From positions 3,437 through 67,436 of the forward strand of contig JBBKWX010000105.1 in the NCBI GenBank assembly GCA_037969175.1: DNA of 64,000 bases, written 5' to 3'. Within the stretch, counting starts at the first letter, position 1, and every line of letters begins with the position of its first letter. Shown piece after piece: positions 29,765-41,662 of the stretch. Source of the DNA: Bacteroidia bacterium (GTDB lineage: Bacteria; Bacteroidota; Bacteroidia; AKYH767-A; JBBKVM01). The notes under the pieces are model-generated. The model searched no databases. It saw nothing but the letters and a program-made list of their open reading frames with translations, and had not been told where the DNA came from. The position numbers and the translations under genes were made by a program.

Positions 29765-31230
29765 TGAAACTGCTTAAAGACATATTGTATAAAGCCGGTA
29801 TTGAAGAGCTGCATGGAAATACTTCCATTACGGTGAGTATCATTAGTGCGAACTCCTCAAAGATCATTTCAGGTGCCTTATTCGTTGCCATAAAAGGAAC
29901 GCAAAATGATGGTCATACCTATATTGAAGCTGCTATAAAATCCGGAGCAACCAGTATTGTTTGTCAGATCCTTCCGAAGAAAATAATTAAAGGAGTTACT
30001 TATATAAGAGTTAAAAATAGCGCAGCTTCTTTGGGCCAAATGGCCGCAAACTATTACGACAATCCTTCAGAAAAAATCAAGGTCATTGGTGTCACAGGAA
30101 CAAACGGAAAAACTACTGTAGCAACTCTCCTTTATAATCTCTTCAGAAAACTGGGTTATTCTTGCGGACTACTTTCAACAGTCCGAAACAGAATAAATGA
30201 TCAAACTATTCCATCTACACATACAACACCTGACCCATTAGCACTTCAAGCTTTATTGAGCGCTATGCTGGATGAAGGTTGTAGCTATTGTTTTATGGAG
30301 GTAAGTTCTCACGCAATAGACCAACAACGTGTTGCAGGAGTTGACTTTTCCGGTGGAATATTCACCAATCTAAGTCATGATCATTTAGATTATCATAAAA
30401 CAATTGAAGCTTATTTCAATGCCAAGAAAGCATTTTTTGATATGCTTCCATCGACAGCATTTGCATTGACCAATGTTGATGATCCAAAAGGATTGGCTAT
30501 AGTTTCAGACACGAAGGCATTGGTACAAACATATTCTCTTCACAGTTCCAGTGATTTCAAATGTAGAATTCTGGAAAACACTTTTGAAGGACTTGAATTA
30601 AATGTTGATGGTCATGATGTGAGTTTCAGATTGATTGGTTCATTCAATGCCTATAATCTGCTTGCAGTTTATGGCGCAGCAATCATGGCGGGTGAAGACT
30701 CCTTATATGCTTTAACAGCATTGAGCAGTTTGAGTGCTGTTGAAGGGAGATTTGAATATATAAGATCCGAAAATAATATAACTGCAATCGTTGATTATGC
30801 ACATACACCTGATGCACTACAGAATGTATTAGAAACTATTCGTGATATTCGAAATGAAAAGGAGAGGATCATTACAGTTATTGGTTGTGGTGGTGATAGA
30901 GATGTAGATAAAAGACCTGTGATGGCAAGGATCGCTGTAGATCTGAGTGATAAAACAATTCTCACTTCCGATAATCCAAGATCAGAAAATCCGATTGAAA
31001 TTATCGAGCAAATGGAGAAAGGAATTTCTGCCAACAAAAGGATTAATACACTATCCATAAGTGATAGAAGAGAAGCTATCAGGACTGCTTGTAGTCTTGC
31101 TCAACCCGGAGATATAATTCTAGTAGCAGGAAAAGGTCATGAAAATTATCAAGAGATACAGGGTGTAAAACATCCTTTTGATGATAAGCAAGTGATCAAA
31201 GAAATGTTCAACCTCAAAGACCCCCAATAG
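29764..31230 (+). CDS. murE: UDP-N-acetylmuramoyl-L-alanyl-D-glutamate--2,6-diaminopimelate ligase
   Basis: [11 protein letters not shown]-loop and a DNPR motif ([10 protein letters not shown]). Confidence 0.92.
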   Translation: MKLLKDILYKAGIEELHGNTSITVSIISANSSKIISGALFVAIKGTQNDGHTYIEAAIKSGATSIVCQILPKKIIKGVTYIRVKNSAASLGQMAANYYDNPSEKIKVIGVTGTNGKTTVATLLYNLFRKLGYSCGLLSTVRNRINDQTIPSTHTTPDPLALQALLSAMLDEGCSYCFMEVSSHAIDQQRVAGVDFSGGIFTNLSHDHLDYHKTIEAYFNAKKAFFDMLPSTAFALTNVDDPKGLAIVSDTKALVQTYSLHSSSDFKCRILENTFEGLELNVDGHDVSFRLIGSFNAYNLLAVYGAAIMAGEDSLYALTALSSLSAVEGRFEYIRSENNITAIVDYAHTPDALQNVLETIRDIRNEKERIITVIGCGGDRDVDKRPVMARIAVDLSDKTILTSDNPRSENPIEIIEQMEKGISANKRINTLSISDRREAIRTACSLAQPGDIILVAGKGHENYQEIQGVKHPFDDKQVIKEMFNLKDPQ

Positions 31231-31232
31231 AT

Positions 31233-32489
31233 ATGCTGTACTACCTCTTTGATTATTTGGACAAACAATTTGATATACCGGGAGCGGGAGTGTTTCAATA
31301 CATTTCGTTCAGAGCCGGTATGGCAATTATTTTCTCGCTTTTATTTTCATTCTTATTGGGAAAAAAGATCATTAGATATTTATTGTCAAAACAAGTTGGA
31401 GAATCTATCAGGGATCTTGGATTGGAAGGTCAGAAGGAAAAGCAAGGTACTCCAACTATGGGAGGCTTAATTATTATAGCAGCACTACTTATCCCTACTC
31501 TACTTTTTGCAAAACTGCATAATGTATATATAATCCTAATGATCATCTCAACATTGTGGTTGGGTGCTATTGGATTTTTGGATGATTACATTAAAGTATT
31601 CAAGAAGGATAAAAAAGGTCTGGCAGGTAAGTTCAAAGTTATTGGTCAAATTGGACTAGGTATTATTGTTGGATCTATCCTTTACTTCAGTGATGATGTA
31701 TTGGTAAGAGAAAAAACTAATTCAACAAATGTTGTAGTTACCAATCAAGGCAATGTGATCGATGAATTGCAATCAAACTCATCTGCATTATACAAATCTG
31801 AAGAAACAAAATCTACTAAAACATCGATCCCATTTTTCAAAAACAATGAGCTTGATTATGCCAAGCTCATAGCGTGGACAGGTGAAAATTACAGGGATTT
31901 CGCTTGGCTAATTTTTATTCCTGTAGTGATATTGATAGTTACGGCTGTATCCAATGGAGCCAATATAACAGATGGAATAGATGGGTTAGCAACGGGCACT
32001 TCCGCCATCATTGGTGCTACACTGGGAATACTGGCATACGTATCGGGTAATACGGTCTTTGCTAATTATTTGAATATAATGTATATCCCGAATTCAGGTG
32101 AACTCGTAATATTTATGAGTGCATTTATTGGCGCCTGTATCGGTTTTCTATGGTTTAACTCCTACCCTGCTCAAGTGTTTATGGGCGACACGGGATCACT
32201 TGCTTTAGGAGGCATAATCGCAGTTTTCGCAATTGCTATTCGCAAAGAACTTCTGATCCCTATCATATGTGGAATTTTCCTTGTGGAGAATTTATCGGTA
32301 ATAATTCAGGTCAGCTATTTCAAATATACCAAACATAAATACGGTGAAGGGAAAAGGATCTTTAAGATGTCGCCTCTTCATCATCACTATCAAAAATTGG
32401 GGTATCACGAATCTAAAATAGTCACTCGTTTCTGGATCGTTGGAATTATGCTTTCAGTATTAACAATTATCACTTTAAAGATCCGATAA
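31233..32489 (+). CDS. mraY: Phospho-N-acetylmuramoyl-pentapeptide transferase
   Basis: Multi-transmembrane protein with [13 protein letters not shown] and a long cytoplasmic insertion. Confidence 0.92.
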   Translation: MLYYLFDYLDKQFDIPGAGVFQYISFRAGMAIIFSLLFSFLLGKKIIRYLLSKQVGESIRDLGLEGQKEKQGTPTMGGLIIIAALLIPTLLFAKLHNVYIILMIISTLWLGAIGFLDDYIKVFKKDKKGLAGKFKVIGQIGLGIIVGSILYFSDDVLVREKTNSTNVVVTNQGNVIDELQSNSSALYKSEETKSTKTSIPFFKNNELDYAKLIAWTGENYRDFAWLIFIPVVILIVTAVSNGANITDGIDGLATGTSAIIGATLGILAYVSGNTVFANYLNIMYIPNSGELVIFMSAFIGACIGFLWFNSYPAQVFMGDTGSLALGGIIAVFAIAIRKELLIPIICGIFLVENLSVIIQVSYFKYTKHKYGEGKRIFKMSPLHHHYQKLGYHESKIVTRFWIVGIMLSVLTIITLKIR

Positions 32490-33841
32490 TGTTAAAGGAA
32501 GGACAAAATATTGTAATTCTTGGGGCTGGCGAAAGCGGCACCGGTGCTGCCTTGTTAGCACAATTCAAGGGGCACGATGTATTTGTTTCAGATTCAGGTT
32601 CTATCAAAGAAAATTTCAAGGTTGAATTAACACAGGCAGGAATCAACTTCGAAGAGGGTGGCCATAATACGGACAGAATATTAAAAGCTGATCTTATAAT
32701 AAAGAGTCCGGGAATACCTGAAAAAGTAGCATTGATCAAAACAGCAAAAGAAAAAGGTATTCGCATTATCTCTGAAATTGAGTTCGCAGGTTACTATACA
32801 GATAGCAAAATGATCTGTATCACCGGAAGTAATGGTAAAACCACCACAACATTATTAACTCACCATATTCTGAAGAAAGCAGGCATGGATGTAGGTCTTG
32901 CAGGAAATGTTGGATTCAGTTTGGCTCGAATGGTTGCCTTTGATCCACATGATTATTACGTAGTTGAATTAAGCAGTTTCCAACTGGATGGCATGTTTGA
33001 TTTCAAAGCTGATATCGCAATTCTACTGAACATCACACCTGATCATCTTGACAGGTATGAATACCAAATGGAAAAATACGCTGATTCGAAATTCAGGATC
33101 ATACAAAACCAAACAGAGAAAGATATTTTCATCTATTGTGCGGATGATGAGGTTGTTTCAAGAATGGTTAAAGAAAAAATAATCGCAGCACAGCAATTTC
33201 CATTCTCTATCAAGCAAAAAGTTGAGCGCGGAGCTTTCATTGAAAATGAAGAGATCCATATAGTAACCAAACCAAACGAAAAACCATTTACCATGTCCAT
33301 ACAAGAACTAGCATTACAAGGAAAACACAATGTGTACAATTCAATGGCGTCAGCGATCGCATCAAGGACTCTCGAATTACGTAAAGATTCCATCCGTGAA
33401 AGCCTGAGTGATTTCCAAAATATTGAACACCGATTGGAACATGTGGCCATGGTTCACGGAATTGAATTTATCAATGATTCCAAAGCAACAAATATTAATT
33501 CAACTTGGTATGCTCTTGAAAGCATGTCAAAACAAGTTGTACTTATCCTGGGTGGAGTAGACAAAGGAAATGACTATCACATGTTGGATGAAATGATAAA
33601 GGATAAAGTGAAAGCTATCATCTGCCTGGGTAAAGACAATGCCAAAATCCACGAAGCATTTGGTGGTATCATTGAAAATATTGTTGATGCAACATCAGCT
33701 GATGAAGCAGTAAAGGCAGCATATTATTTAGGAAAAAAAGGTGATGTAGTTCTACTTTCTCCTGCATGTGCAAGTTTCGACCTGTTCGAAAATTATGAAG
33801 ATCGCGGAAGACAATTTAAGAATGCTGTAAGAGCACTTTAA
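32489..33841 (+). CDS. murD: UDP-N-acetylmuramoylalanine--D-glutamate ligase
   Basis: ITGSNGKTTTT; Mur ligase domain order. Confidence 0.92.
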   Translation: MLKEGQNIVILGAGESGTGAALLAQFKGHDVFVSDSGSIKENFKVELTQAGINFEEGGHNTDRILKADLIIKSPGIPEKVALIKTAKEKGIRIISEIEFAGYYTDSKMICITGSNGKTTTTLLTHHILKKAGMDVGLAGNVGFSLARMVAFDPHDYYVVELSSFQLDGMFDFKADIAILLNITPDHLDRYEYQMEKYADSKFRIIQNQTEKDIFIYCADDEVVSRMVKEKIIAAQQFPFSIKQKVERGAFIENEEIHIVTKPNEKPFTMSIQELALQGKHNVYNSMASAIASRTLELRKDSIRESLSDFQNIEHRLEHVAMVHGIEFINDSKATNINSTWYALESMSKQVVLILGGVDKGNDYHMLDEMIKDKVKAIICLGKDNAKIHEAFGGIIENIVDATSADEAVKAAYYLGKKGDVVLLSPACASFDLFENYEDRGRQFKNAVRAL

Positions 33842-33853
33842 GACTAAAGAAAA

Positions 33854-35005
33854 ATGAATAAAACCTGGCTGGATACATATTTCAAGGGCGACAGCGTGCT
33901 GTGGCTCGTTGTTATCCTGCTTTCCTTTTTCTCAATGCTTGCAGTGTACAGTTCTACCGGAACTCTTGCCTATAAATATCAATCAGGAAACACAGAATAT
34001 TATCTTTTCAAGCACTCGATAATTCTCGCATTAGGGTTCATGATCATGTATTTTGCGCATCTTGTTAGATATACTTTTTACTCAAAGATCTCGAAGATCG
34101 GGATCATTATTGCAATCCCTCTTCTTGCTCTTACGCTATTAGGTGGTACTAATCTTAACGAAGCGAGTCGCTGGTTAACTTTACCAATAGTTAACTTAAG
34201 TTTCCAAACTTCCGATTTTGCAAAATTAGCGTTGCTAATCTTCCTTGCAAGAAGTCTTTCTAAGAAACAAGAGAATATTAAAGACTTTAAATCTGCATTT
34301 GTACCATTAATGGTACCGGTAATTATTGTTTGTGGTTTGATTCTACCCGCAAACTTGAGTACAGCAGCAGTTCTCTTTACAACATGTCTATTCCTGATGT
34401 TCATCGGACGTGTGAATATGAAATACATTACAATTCTAATTCTGTCGGGAGTATTCTTATTAAGTATTTTTATTACAATAGCTCTATACTCTAAGAATCA
34501 AGGCAGAGTTGGAACCTGGAAAGCACGTGTTGAAAATTTCATGAATGGTGAAGACTCCGGAAACTATCAAACACAACAAGGTAAGATCGCAATTGCCAGT
34601 GGTGGTTTATTTGGAAAAGGACCTGGAAACAGTACACAAAGAAATTTTCTTCCTCACCCCTATTCCGATTTTATTTTCGCTATAATAATTGAAGAATACG
34701 GTCTTGCCGGTGGGATAACCATTGTGATGCTTTACATTCTGTTATTCTATCGAGCCGTATTGATCGTAAAGAAAAATCCTCGTGCCTTTGCTACACTATT
34801 GGCTATAGGATGCAGCTTCAGTTTGGTTTTTCAGGCACTTATAAATATGGCTGTAGCTGTCAATTTATTCCCGGTTACAGGTCAACCTTTACCACTAGTA
34901 AGTATGGGTGGAACTTCAATTTGGTTCACAAGTATTTCGATTGGAATAATATTAAGTGTCAGTAGAGAAACACAAGAGGAAGGAGGCAAAGTTGCTACAA
35001 TCTAA
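33854..35005 (+). CDS. ftsW: SEDS-family peptidoglycan polymerase FtsW
   Basis: Ten transmembrane segments and SEDS motifs (PSEFAKL-like FQTSDFAKLALLIFLA). Confidence 0.88.
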   Translation: MNKTWLDTYFKGDSVLWLVVILLSFFSMLAVYSSTGTLAYKYQSGNTEYYLFKHSIILALGFMIMYFAHLVRYTFYSKISKIGIIIAIPLLALTLLGGTNLNEASRWLTLPIVNLSFQTSDFAKLALLIFLARSLSKKQENIKDFKSAFVPLMVPVIIVCGLILPANLSTAAVLFTTCLFLMFIGRVNMKYITILILSGVFLLSIFITIALYSKNQGRVGTWKARVENFMNGEDSGNYQTQQGKIAIASGGLFGKGPGNSTQRNFLPHPYSDFIFAIIIEEYGLAGGITIVMLYILLFYRAVLIVKKNPRAFATLLAIGCSFSLVFQALINMAVAVNLFPVTGQPLPLVSMGGTSIWFTSISIGIILSVSRETQEEGGKVATI

Positions 35006-36101
35006 CCTTAGAATAATCATAAGTGGTGGTGGAACCGGAGGGCATATTTTCCCTGCAGTTGCCATTGCAAATGCAATAAAAGAAAAACGTCCGGATACGG
35101 AGTTTTTATTTGTTGGGGCAAAAGGAAAAATGGAAATGGAAAAAGTTCCGGCTTCAGGATATGATATTGTAGGATTAAACATCACCGGAATCTCACGTTC
35201 ATTGTCACGTTCAAATCTGGCATTCCCTTTCCGTCTATTGACTTCTCTTGCCAAAGCCAGAAAGATTATCAAATCATTTAAACCTGACGTTGCAGTTGGT
35301 GTTGGTGGATATGCAAGCGGGCCTTTATTATTTGCTGCATCTTTGGAGGGGATTCCTACATTGATTCAGGAACAAAATTCCTTTGCAGGAATTACAAACA
35401 GAATTTTAGGCAAGCGAGCTTCAAAGATCTGTGTAGCATTCCCGGGTATGGAAAAATTTTTTCCGGAAGCAAAGATTATGATCACCGGTAATCCTGTCAG
35501 AAAAGATATTGTGAAGATAGAAGGGAAAAGAGAAATTGCACTTAAGCACTTTGGGCTCAATCCTGAAAATAAAACAATACTTGTTGTTGGGGGAAGTCAG
35601 GGTGCAAGAACCTTGAATCTTGCTATTGAAAAAGCAGCACTGATGCTTTCTCAAAATAAAATACAAGTGATATGGCAAACCGGCCCTTCATTTCTGGAAA
35701 GAGCAATTGAAGCTACTAACAATGAATGTCATGATTTCATCAAGCCTTTTGCATTTATTAAAGAAATGGACCTGGCCTATGCTGCTGCTGACTTAGTTGT
35801 CTCAAGGGCAGGAGCAAGTACGGTTTCGGAATTATGCCTGGTCAGGAAGCCGAGCATATTGGTGCCATTCCCATTCGCGTCAGAAGATCATCAGACCGCG
35901 AATGCGATGATGCTTGCAGATAAATATGCAGCAATTCACATAGCGGATAAAGAAGCAATTGAAAAAATCGCAGGCATCGCTCAAAGCATTCTGGATAATT
36001 CAGAAATGATGACTGAGCTCAGCAATAATATGATTGAATTTGGTATCGGAAATTCTGCCGATATCATTGCGGAAGAAGTAATAAAACTATCCGGAAAATG
36101 A
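34956..36101 (+). CDS. murG: UDP-GlcNAc:lipid I GlcNAc transferase MurG
   Basis: GGGTGGHIFPA G-loop. The ATG at 34956 overlaps the ftsW 3' end by 50 nt; a downstream non-ATG start is possible. Confidence 0.9.
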   Translation: MSVEKHKRKEAKLLQSNLRIIISGGGTGGHIFPAVAIANAIKEKRPDTEFLFVGAKGKMEMEKVPASGYDIVGLNITGISRSLSRSNLAFPFRLLTSLAKARKIIKSFKPDVAVGVGGYASGPLLFAASLEGIPTLIQEQNSFAGITNRILGKRASKICVAFPGMEKFFPEAKIMITGNPVRKDIVKIEGKREIALKHFGLNPENKTILVVGGSQGARTLNLAIEKAALMLSQNKIQVIWQTGPSFLERAIEATNNECHDFIKPFAFIKEMDLAYAAADLVVSRAGASTVSELCLVRKPSILVPFPFASEDHQTANAMMLADKYAAIHIADKEAIEKIAGIAQSILDNSEMMTELSNNMIEFGIGNSADIIAEEVIKLSGK

Positions 36102-37507
36102 TCAATTCATCCCAAATAAAAATGGTTTACCTACTTGGTATTGGTGGCATTGGGATGTCAGCATTAGCTCGGTATTTTAAATCTTTGGGGAAATCAGTTT
36201 ATGGGTATGATAAGACACCAACCAACTTGACTTCAGAACTTGAAAAACAAGACATGAAAATCCATTACGTGGATGAAATTGAATCACTTCCTTCAGAGAT
36301 TGAAACACTTCCCAAAGAGGAAATTCTTATCATTTATACACCTGCAATTCCTAAAGATCATAAACAAATGAATCATTTGCTTTCAAATGGTTTTACGTTG
36401 AAAAAAAGATCGACTGTTCTTGGTGAGATCAGTTCAGAAGAATTTACGGTGGCTGTTGCCGGTACTCATGGCAAAACTACTACATCATCTATGATCACAT
36501 GGATGTTGCATAATGCAGGAAGAAAATGTACTTCCTTTTTAGGAGGCATCGCCACAAACTTCAATTCTAACTTCATTGCCGGCGATCAAAAGGCAATCAA
36601 TAATAAGGCTTGCATCGTTTTAGAAGCAGACGAATATGATCGTTCTTTTCTCACATTGAGTCCGGCAATATCAGTAATTACATCCATGGATGCCGATCAT
36701 CTTGATATTTATCATGATGGAAAGGAACTTGAGAATGCATACAAACTATTTGCTGACAGGCTGCAGGATGATGGCATTCTCTTCTTAAAATATGGATTAG
36801 ATCTGGATCCAAAAAATAAATATTATACCTATGGAATAAATCCAAAAGCCGATTTTAGAGCTGAGAATATTCGCGTAGAAAATGGATCTTATGTATTTGA
36901 TTTTTTCAGTCCCGACTTAAATATCAACAATTTAAGATGTGGTTTGGGAGGAAGACATAATGTTGAAAATGCAGTTGCAGCTTGTGCAGTATCTGTTGCA
37001 TTGGGTCTGAATGAAGAAGAAATTACTTCCGGAGTTGCAAATTACAGGGGTGTAAAAAGGAGATTTGAAACCATTTTCAAATCGACTGAAATAACCTACA
37101 TAGATGATTACGCACATCATCCAACTGAGTTAAATTCTGCAATTAATTCTGCCAAAGAATTATTTCCGGGAAAAAAAATAACCGGAATATTCCAACCACA
37201 TCTGTATTCACGTACACGTGATTTTGCTTCAGAATTTAAAGAGAGTCTGGCTAAGCTGGATATCCTAATCCTGCTAGATATATACCCTGCAAGAGAATTG
37301 CCAATTGAGGGAGTAAGCTCAACTATGATCTTTCCCTCAAATGAAACAGGAAAGATCAGGATACAATGCGAGAAATCTGAAGCTATAGATCTATTATTTG
37401 GATTTGAAAACGAAACCATTCTCACTTTAGGTGCCGGTGATATCGATACACTGGTATCTGAAATCAAAAATTCACTTGAAAAAAAATATAAAGGAGGTTT
37501 GATATGA
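36098..37507 (+). CDS. murC: UDP-N-acetylmuramate--L-alanine ligase
   Basis: YLLGIGGIGMSALA and AGTHGKTTT. Confidence 0.92.
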   Translation: MINSSQIKMVYLLGIGGIGMSALARYFKSLGKSVYGYDKTPTNLTSELEKQDMKIHYVDEIESLPSEIETLPKEEILIIYTPAIPKDHKQMNHLLSNGFTLKKRSTVLGEISSEEFTVAVAGTHGKTTTSSMITWMLHNAGRKCTSFLGGIATNFNSNFIAGDQKAINNKACIVLEADEYDRSFLTLSPAISVITSMDADHLDIYHDGKELENAYKLFADRLQDDGILFLKYGLDLDPKNKYYTYGINPKADFRAENIRVENGSYVFDFFSPDLNINNLRCGLGGRHNVENAVAACAVSVALGLNEEEITSGVANYRGVKRRFETIFKSTEITYIDDYAHHPTELNSAINSAKELFPGKKITGIFQPHLYSRTRDFASEFKESLAKLDILILLDIYPARELPIEGVSSTMIFPSNETGKIRIQCEKSEAIDLLFGFENETILTLGAGDIDTLVSEIKNSLEKKYKGGLI

Positions 37508-38310
37508 AGATCAATACAAACCAAATTAAAGGAATAGTACTATGGAGCATCATGCTTCTTGTATTTATTTTTTCAATTGGCTTCTCAAAGAGTAGTCAAT
37601 CAGAAATGAAATGTAAAGATGTTATTATCAATATTGATGATGAATCCGGCAATTACTTTGTTGAAATTGAAGACATTAAAGAATTACTTGATAACAAAGG
37701 AAAATCATTTATTGGACTTGAGGTTAACAATATTAACATCAGTCTGTTGGAAAATTTAATCTCAAACAACCCTTATGTGGAGAATGCTGAAGTATATTCC
37801 ACAATTGATGGCACATTATGTATTTCTATTAAACAAAGAATACCTGTAGTTAGAATTATAAGTGCCGTAGAAGATCAATATTATATCGATATGCAAGGTA
37901 GATTTATGCCACTATCAGATAAATACACAGCAAGAGTTGCAGTCGCAAGCGGTAATATATTTACAGCTTTCGGTGATCTGAGTATACCTGTTATTGAGCA
38001 GACCTGCGATTCCATGGGCATTAAAAAACCTATGGTTTGTGATGTGTATAATATAGCGATGAGATTAAAGCAGGATGAGTTTTGGGATTCCCAATTAGAA
38101 CAAATCTATATTAACAGCAATGGTGAAGTTGAATTGATACCCCGCGTTGGTAATCATAAGATCTTGATCGGGAATGCTGAAAATCTGGATGAGAAATTGG
38201 AAAATCTAATGACATTTTATAAGCAAGGATTGAACAATCTGGGATGGGACAAGTACAGTTTAATAAACATGAAATACAAGGGGCAAGTTGTTTGCACATT
38301 GCGTAATTAG
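37504..38310 (+). CDS. ftsQ: Cell division protein FtsQ/DivIB-like (POTRA)
   Basis: Bitopic protein with a POTRA-like domain, located between murC and ftsA. Confidence 0.7.
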   Translation: MKINTNQIKGIVLWSIMLLVFIFSIGFSKSSQSEMKCKDVIINIDDESGNYFVEIEDIKELLDNKGKSFIGLEVNNINISLLENLISNNPYVENAEVYSTIDGTLCISIKQRIPVVRIISAVEDQYYIDMQGRFMPLSDKYTARVAVASGNIFTAFGDLSIPVIEQTCDSMGIKKPMVCDVYNIAMRLKQDEFWDSQLEQIYINSNGEVELIPRVGNHKILIGNAENLDEKLENLMTFYKQGLNNLGWDKYSLINMKYKGQVVCTLRN

Positions 38311-38337
38311 TCCGGGAATTTAGAATATCAACACAAC

Positions 38338-39627
38338 ATGGAAAACCAAAATTTAGTAGTAGGACTTGACATTGGCACAACGAAGATCTGTATCACGGTC
38401 GGAAGAAAAAACGAACATGGCAAGATCGAAATTCTTGGAATGGGAAAAAGTGAATCTATCGGGGTTCACAGAGGAGTAGTAGCCAACATCGAAAAGACCG
38501 TACAATCAATCAGAGCAGCTTTATCCGAAACTGAATCAAAATCAGGTGTAAATATTCAAGTTGTCAATGTTGGAATAGCAGGTCAGCATATCAAGAGTCT
38601 TCAACACAGAGGAATGAAAACATGTGATCGGGTTGATGATGAAATTTCACAATCTGATATTGAAAGCATAATAGAAGACATGTATAAACTGGCAATGCAG
38701 CCGGGAGAAGAAATAATTCACGTTATCCCTCAGGAATATATTGTGGATAGCGAACAAGGAATTAAGGATCCGGTAGGAATGGCAGGAAGAAGACTTGAAG
38801 CTAATTGTCATATCATAACCGGACAAATAACGGCTGTTAAGAACATCAAGAAATGTGTTGAAAAAGCAGGTCTTCAAGTTGCGGATCTTGTTTTGGAACC
38901 ATTAGCTTCAGCTGAAGCTGTTTTGACTGATGAAGAAAAAGAGGCAGGTGTTGTTCTCGTTGATATTGGAGGTGGCACAACCGATCTGGCCATATTTCAG
39001 GATGGAATCATCAGACATACTGCCGTCATTCCTTTTGGAGGAAATGTAATTACTGAGGATATCAAAGAAGGATTGACAATCATAAAAGCACAAGCCGAAT
39101 TATTGAAAATGAAATTTGGAAGTGCTTTAGCAAATGAAAATCAGGAAAACGAAATCGTTTCTATCCCCGGGTTAAGAGGCAGAGAGCCTAAAGAAATATC
39201 TGTTAAAAATCTTGCGCATATCATTCAGGCAAGAATGGAAGAGATCATAGAACATGTATACTATGAAATCAAAAATTCCGGATATGAGAAAAAATTAATT
39301 GCCGGGATCGTTATAACTGGTGGGGGAGCTCAATTGAAGCATGTAGGACAATTAGTAGAGTACCTTACAGGCATGGATACCAGAATAGGTTATCCGAACG
39401 AACATCTTGCAAAAGGTGCTGATGAAGTAAAAAGTCCAATGTATGCAACAGCCGTCGGACTAGTGATAAAAGGATTGGATGCCTTGGATCGTGCAGATTC
39501 ACAAAATCAAAAAAAGGAACCTTCTGTAAAACAAAGTACACAGATAAAAGGAGGTTTTTTTAAAACTCTCTTCAACACAGGAAAAGAATTTTTCACCGAT
39601 GATGGTGAAGATGAATTATTGAAATAA
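38338..39627 (+). CDS. ftsA: Cell division protein FtsA
   Basis: Actin-fold ATPase (VGLDIGTTKIC ... DIGGGTTD). Confidence 0.93.
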   Translation: MENQNLVVGLDIGTTKICITVGRKNEHGKIEILGMGKSESIGVHRGVVANIEKTVQSIRAALSETESKSGVNIQVVNVGIAGQHIKSLQHRGMKTCDRVDDEISQSDIESIIEDMYKLAMQPGEEIIHVIPQEYIVDSEQGIKDPVGMAGRRLEANCHIITGQITAVKNIKKCVEKAGLQVADLVLEPLASAEAVLTDEEKEAGVVLVDIGGGTTDLAIFQDGIIRHTAVIPFGGNVITEDIKEGLTIIKAQAELLKMKFGSALANENQENEIVSIPGLRGREPKEISVKNLAHIIQARMEEIIEHVYYEIKNSGYEKKLIAGIVITGGGAQLKHVGQLVEYLTGMDTRIGYPNEHLAKGADEVKSPMYATAVGLVIKGLDALDRADSQNQKKEPSVKQSTQIKGGFFKTLFNTGKEFFTDDGEDELLK

Positions 39628-39664
39628 CTAAGAAACCATACTACAATACCTAAATAAATTAACC

Positions 39665-41179
39665 ATGATGCAATTTGAATTACCCAAAGACAAATCATCG
39701 ATCATAAAAGTGATTGGTGTCGGTGGTGGTGGCAGCAATGCTGTGAATCACATGTACCGTCAAGGAATTAAAGATGTTGATTTTGTTATTTGCAACACAG
39801 ATCAACAAGCTCTTGACATTAGCGAAGTCCCTTTAAAAGTAGCACTTGGTGCTTCTCTGACTGAAGGTAGAGGCGCTGGTGCAATTGCGGAAGTTGGAAA
39901 AAATGCTGCAATTGAAAATCTGGAAGAGATAAGAGATATTCTTGCAGATAATACCAAGATGGTATTCATCACAGCAGGAATGGGTGGTGGAACCGGAACT
40001 GGTGCTGCACCGGTCATTGCAAAACTTGCAAGAGAAATGAATATCCTTACTGTAGGTATCGTTACCATCCCTTTCACATTCGAAGGAAAGAAAAGAAAAC
40101 TACAGGCAGATGAAGGATTGAATGCGCTTAAAGAAAGTGTTGATACGCTTTTGGTGATCAGTAATGATAAACTTAGAGAGATCTATGGCAATCTGACATT
40201 GAAGAGTGCATTCGGTAAAGCAGATGATATTCTTACCATTGCTGCAAAAGGAATCGCAGAGATCATCACTGTTACCGGATATGTGAATGTCGATTTCGAA
40301 GATGTGAAGACTGTCATGACAGAAAGTGGTGTTGCTATCATGGGATCTGCTTCAGCAGACGGAGAAGGAAGAGCTATAGAGGCTGTTAAGAGCGCACTTG
40401 AAAGTCCTTTGCTAAATGATAATAATATCAGTGGAGCAAAATATGTTCTATTAAATATTGCTTCAGGCACGAATGAAGTTACTATGGATGAGATCTCAGA
40501 GATCACAGATCATATCCAAGAAGCTGCAGGCATGAATGCTGATATTATCTGGGGTAATTGCACGGATGAGACTCTAGGCGAAAAGCTCAGCGTAACGATC
40601 ATTGCTACAGGATTCAAAACCAGCAAAGAACTTGGAATTGATGATAAAGTACCAACAAGAAAAGTAAATATTCTCACTGCAGATCCTGTAATTGAGAAAT
40701 TTTCTGCACCGGTAATTGAAGCCAAAGTTGAAGCTATAAATTCCACTGAAGAATTAAATGAAGATTCAATTGAGGCTCTGGAACCTACATTAAAAGTAAG
40801 TACTCTGGAAAGCGAAAATACGCAGACAGTTGAATTTGAAATCCCAACTGCAAAGCATAAGGATGAAGTGATAAATAATCCGGGAATTGTTCCTTTCGAC
40901 GCGAGACATCTGGATCGTCAACTTCACAATACTTCTGAAGATAACAAACAAGCTGCAGACAGGATCAATTTGCTGCGTTCTATGAGTCTTTCATTCAACT
41001 CCCCTGCAGGTTTATCTAATTTGGAAAAAGAACCTGCATACAAACGCAAAAACATCAATCTTCAAGCTCAGCCTCATTCTTCAGAAACTCAAATCTCACG
41101 TTATTCATTGACTGAAGATGAAGAGAAAAAAACTGAATTGAAACCTAACAATCCTTATCTACACGATAACGTTGACTAG
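39665..41179 (+). CDS. ftsZ: Cell division GTPase FtsZ with a long, about 180-aa, C-terminal linker and tail
   Basis: IKVIGVGGGGSNAV and the tubulin signature GGGTGTG. Confidence 0.95.
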   Translation: MMQFELPKDKSSIIKVIGVGGGGSNAVNHMYRQGIKDVDFVICNTDQQALDISEVPLKVALGASLTEGRGAGAIAEVGKNAAIENLEEIRDILADNTKMVFITAGMGGGTGTGAAPVIAKLAREMNILTVGIVTIPFTFEGKKRKLQADEGLNALKESVDTLLVISNDKLREIYGNLTLKSAFGKADDILTIAAKGIAEIITVTGYVNVDFEDVKTVMTESGVAIMGSASADGEGRAIEAVKSALESPLLNDNNISGAKYVLLNIASGTNEVTMDEISEITDHIQEAAGMNADIIWGNCTDETLGEKLSVTIIATGFKTSKELGIDDKVPTRKVNILTADPVIEKFSAPVIEAKVEAINSTEELNEDSIEALEPTLKVSTLESENTQTVEFEIPTAKHKDEVINNPGIVPFDARHLDRQLHNTSEDNKQAADRINLLRSMSLSFNSPAGLSNLEKEPAYKRKNINLQAQPHSSETQISRYSLTEDEEKKTELKPNNPYLHDNVD

Positions 41180-41633
41180 TATGGCACTTTCTGATCAAAT
41201 AAATGCTGATTTAAAGCTGGCTATGCTTGCCAGAGATGAAGTAAGACTGAGAACCCTTAGAGCAGTAAAATCAGCCATTCTAATAGCAGGAACTGAAAAG
41301 GGGGCAGCAACCGTCTTAAGTCCGGAAGATGAAATTAAATTGCTTCAAAAGCTTGTAAAGCAAAGAAAAGAAGCAGCGGAAATTTATGGTCAGCAAGGAA
41401 GGAAAGATCTTGAAGAAAGTGAACTTGCAGAAGTGTCGGTTTTAGAGATCTATCTTCCTAAGCAAATGAGTCAGGAAGAAATAACGGCGGCAATTAAAGA
41501 GATCATTACTTCTGTTGGTGCTACCTCCCCTGCTGATATAGGAAAAGTAATGGGAGCTGTTAGTAAAACACTTTCAGGAAAAGCCGATAATAGGTTGGTA
41601 TCTCAGATCGTCAAAGAATTATTAAGTAATTAA
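41172..41633 (+). CDS. GatB/YqeY-domain protein
   Basis: 153 aa, with YqeY-like LKLAMLARDEVRLRTLRAVKSA. Confidence 0.8.
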   Translation: MTSMALSDQINADLKLAMLARDEVRLRTLRAVKSAILIAGTEKGAATVLSPEDEIKLLQKLVKQRKEAAEIYGQQGRKDLEESELAEVSVLEIYLPKQMSQEEITAAIKEIITSVGATSPADIGKVMGAVSKTLSGKADNRLVSQIVKELLSN

Positions 41634-41662
41634 GTTTTTATTGGGTAATTGTTTTCATGGTT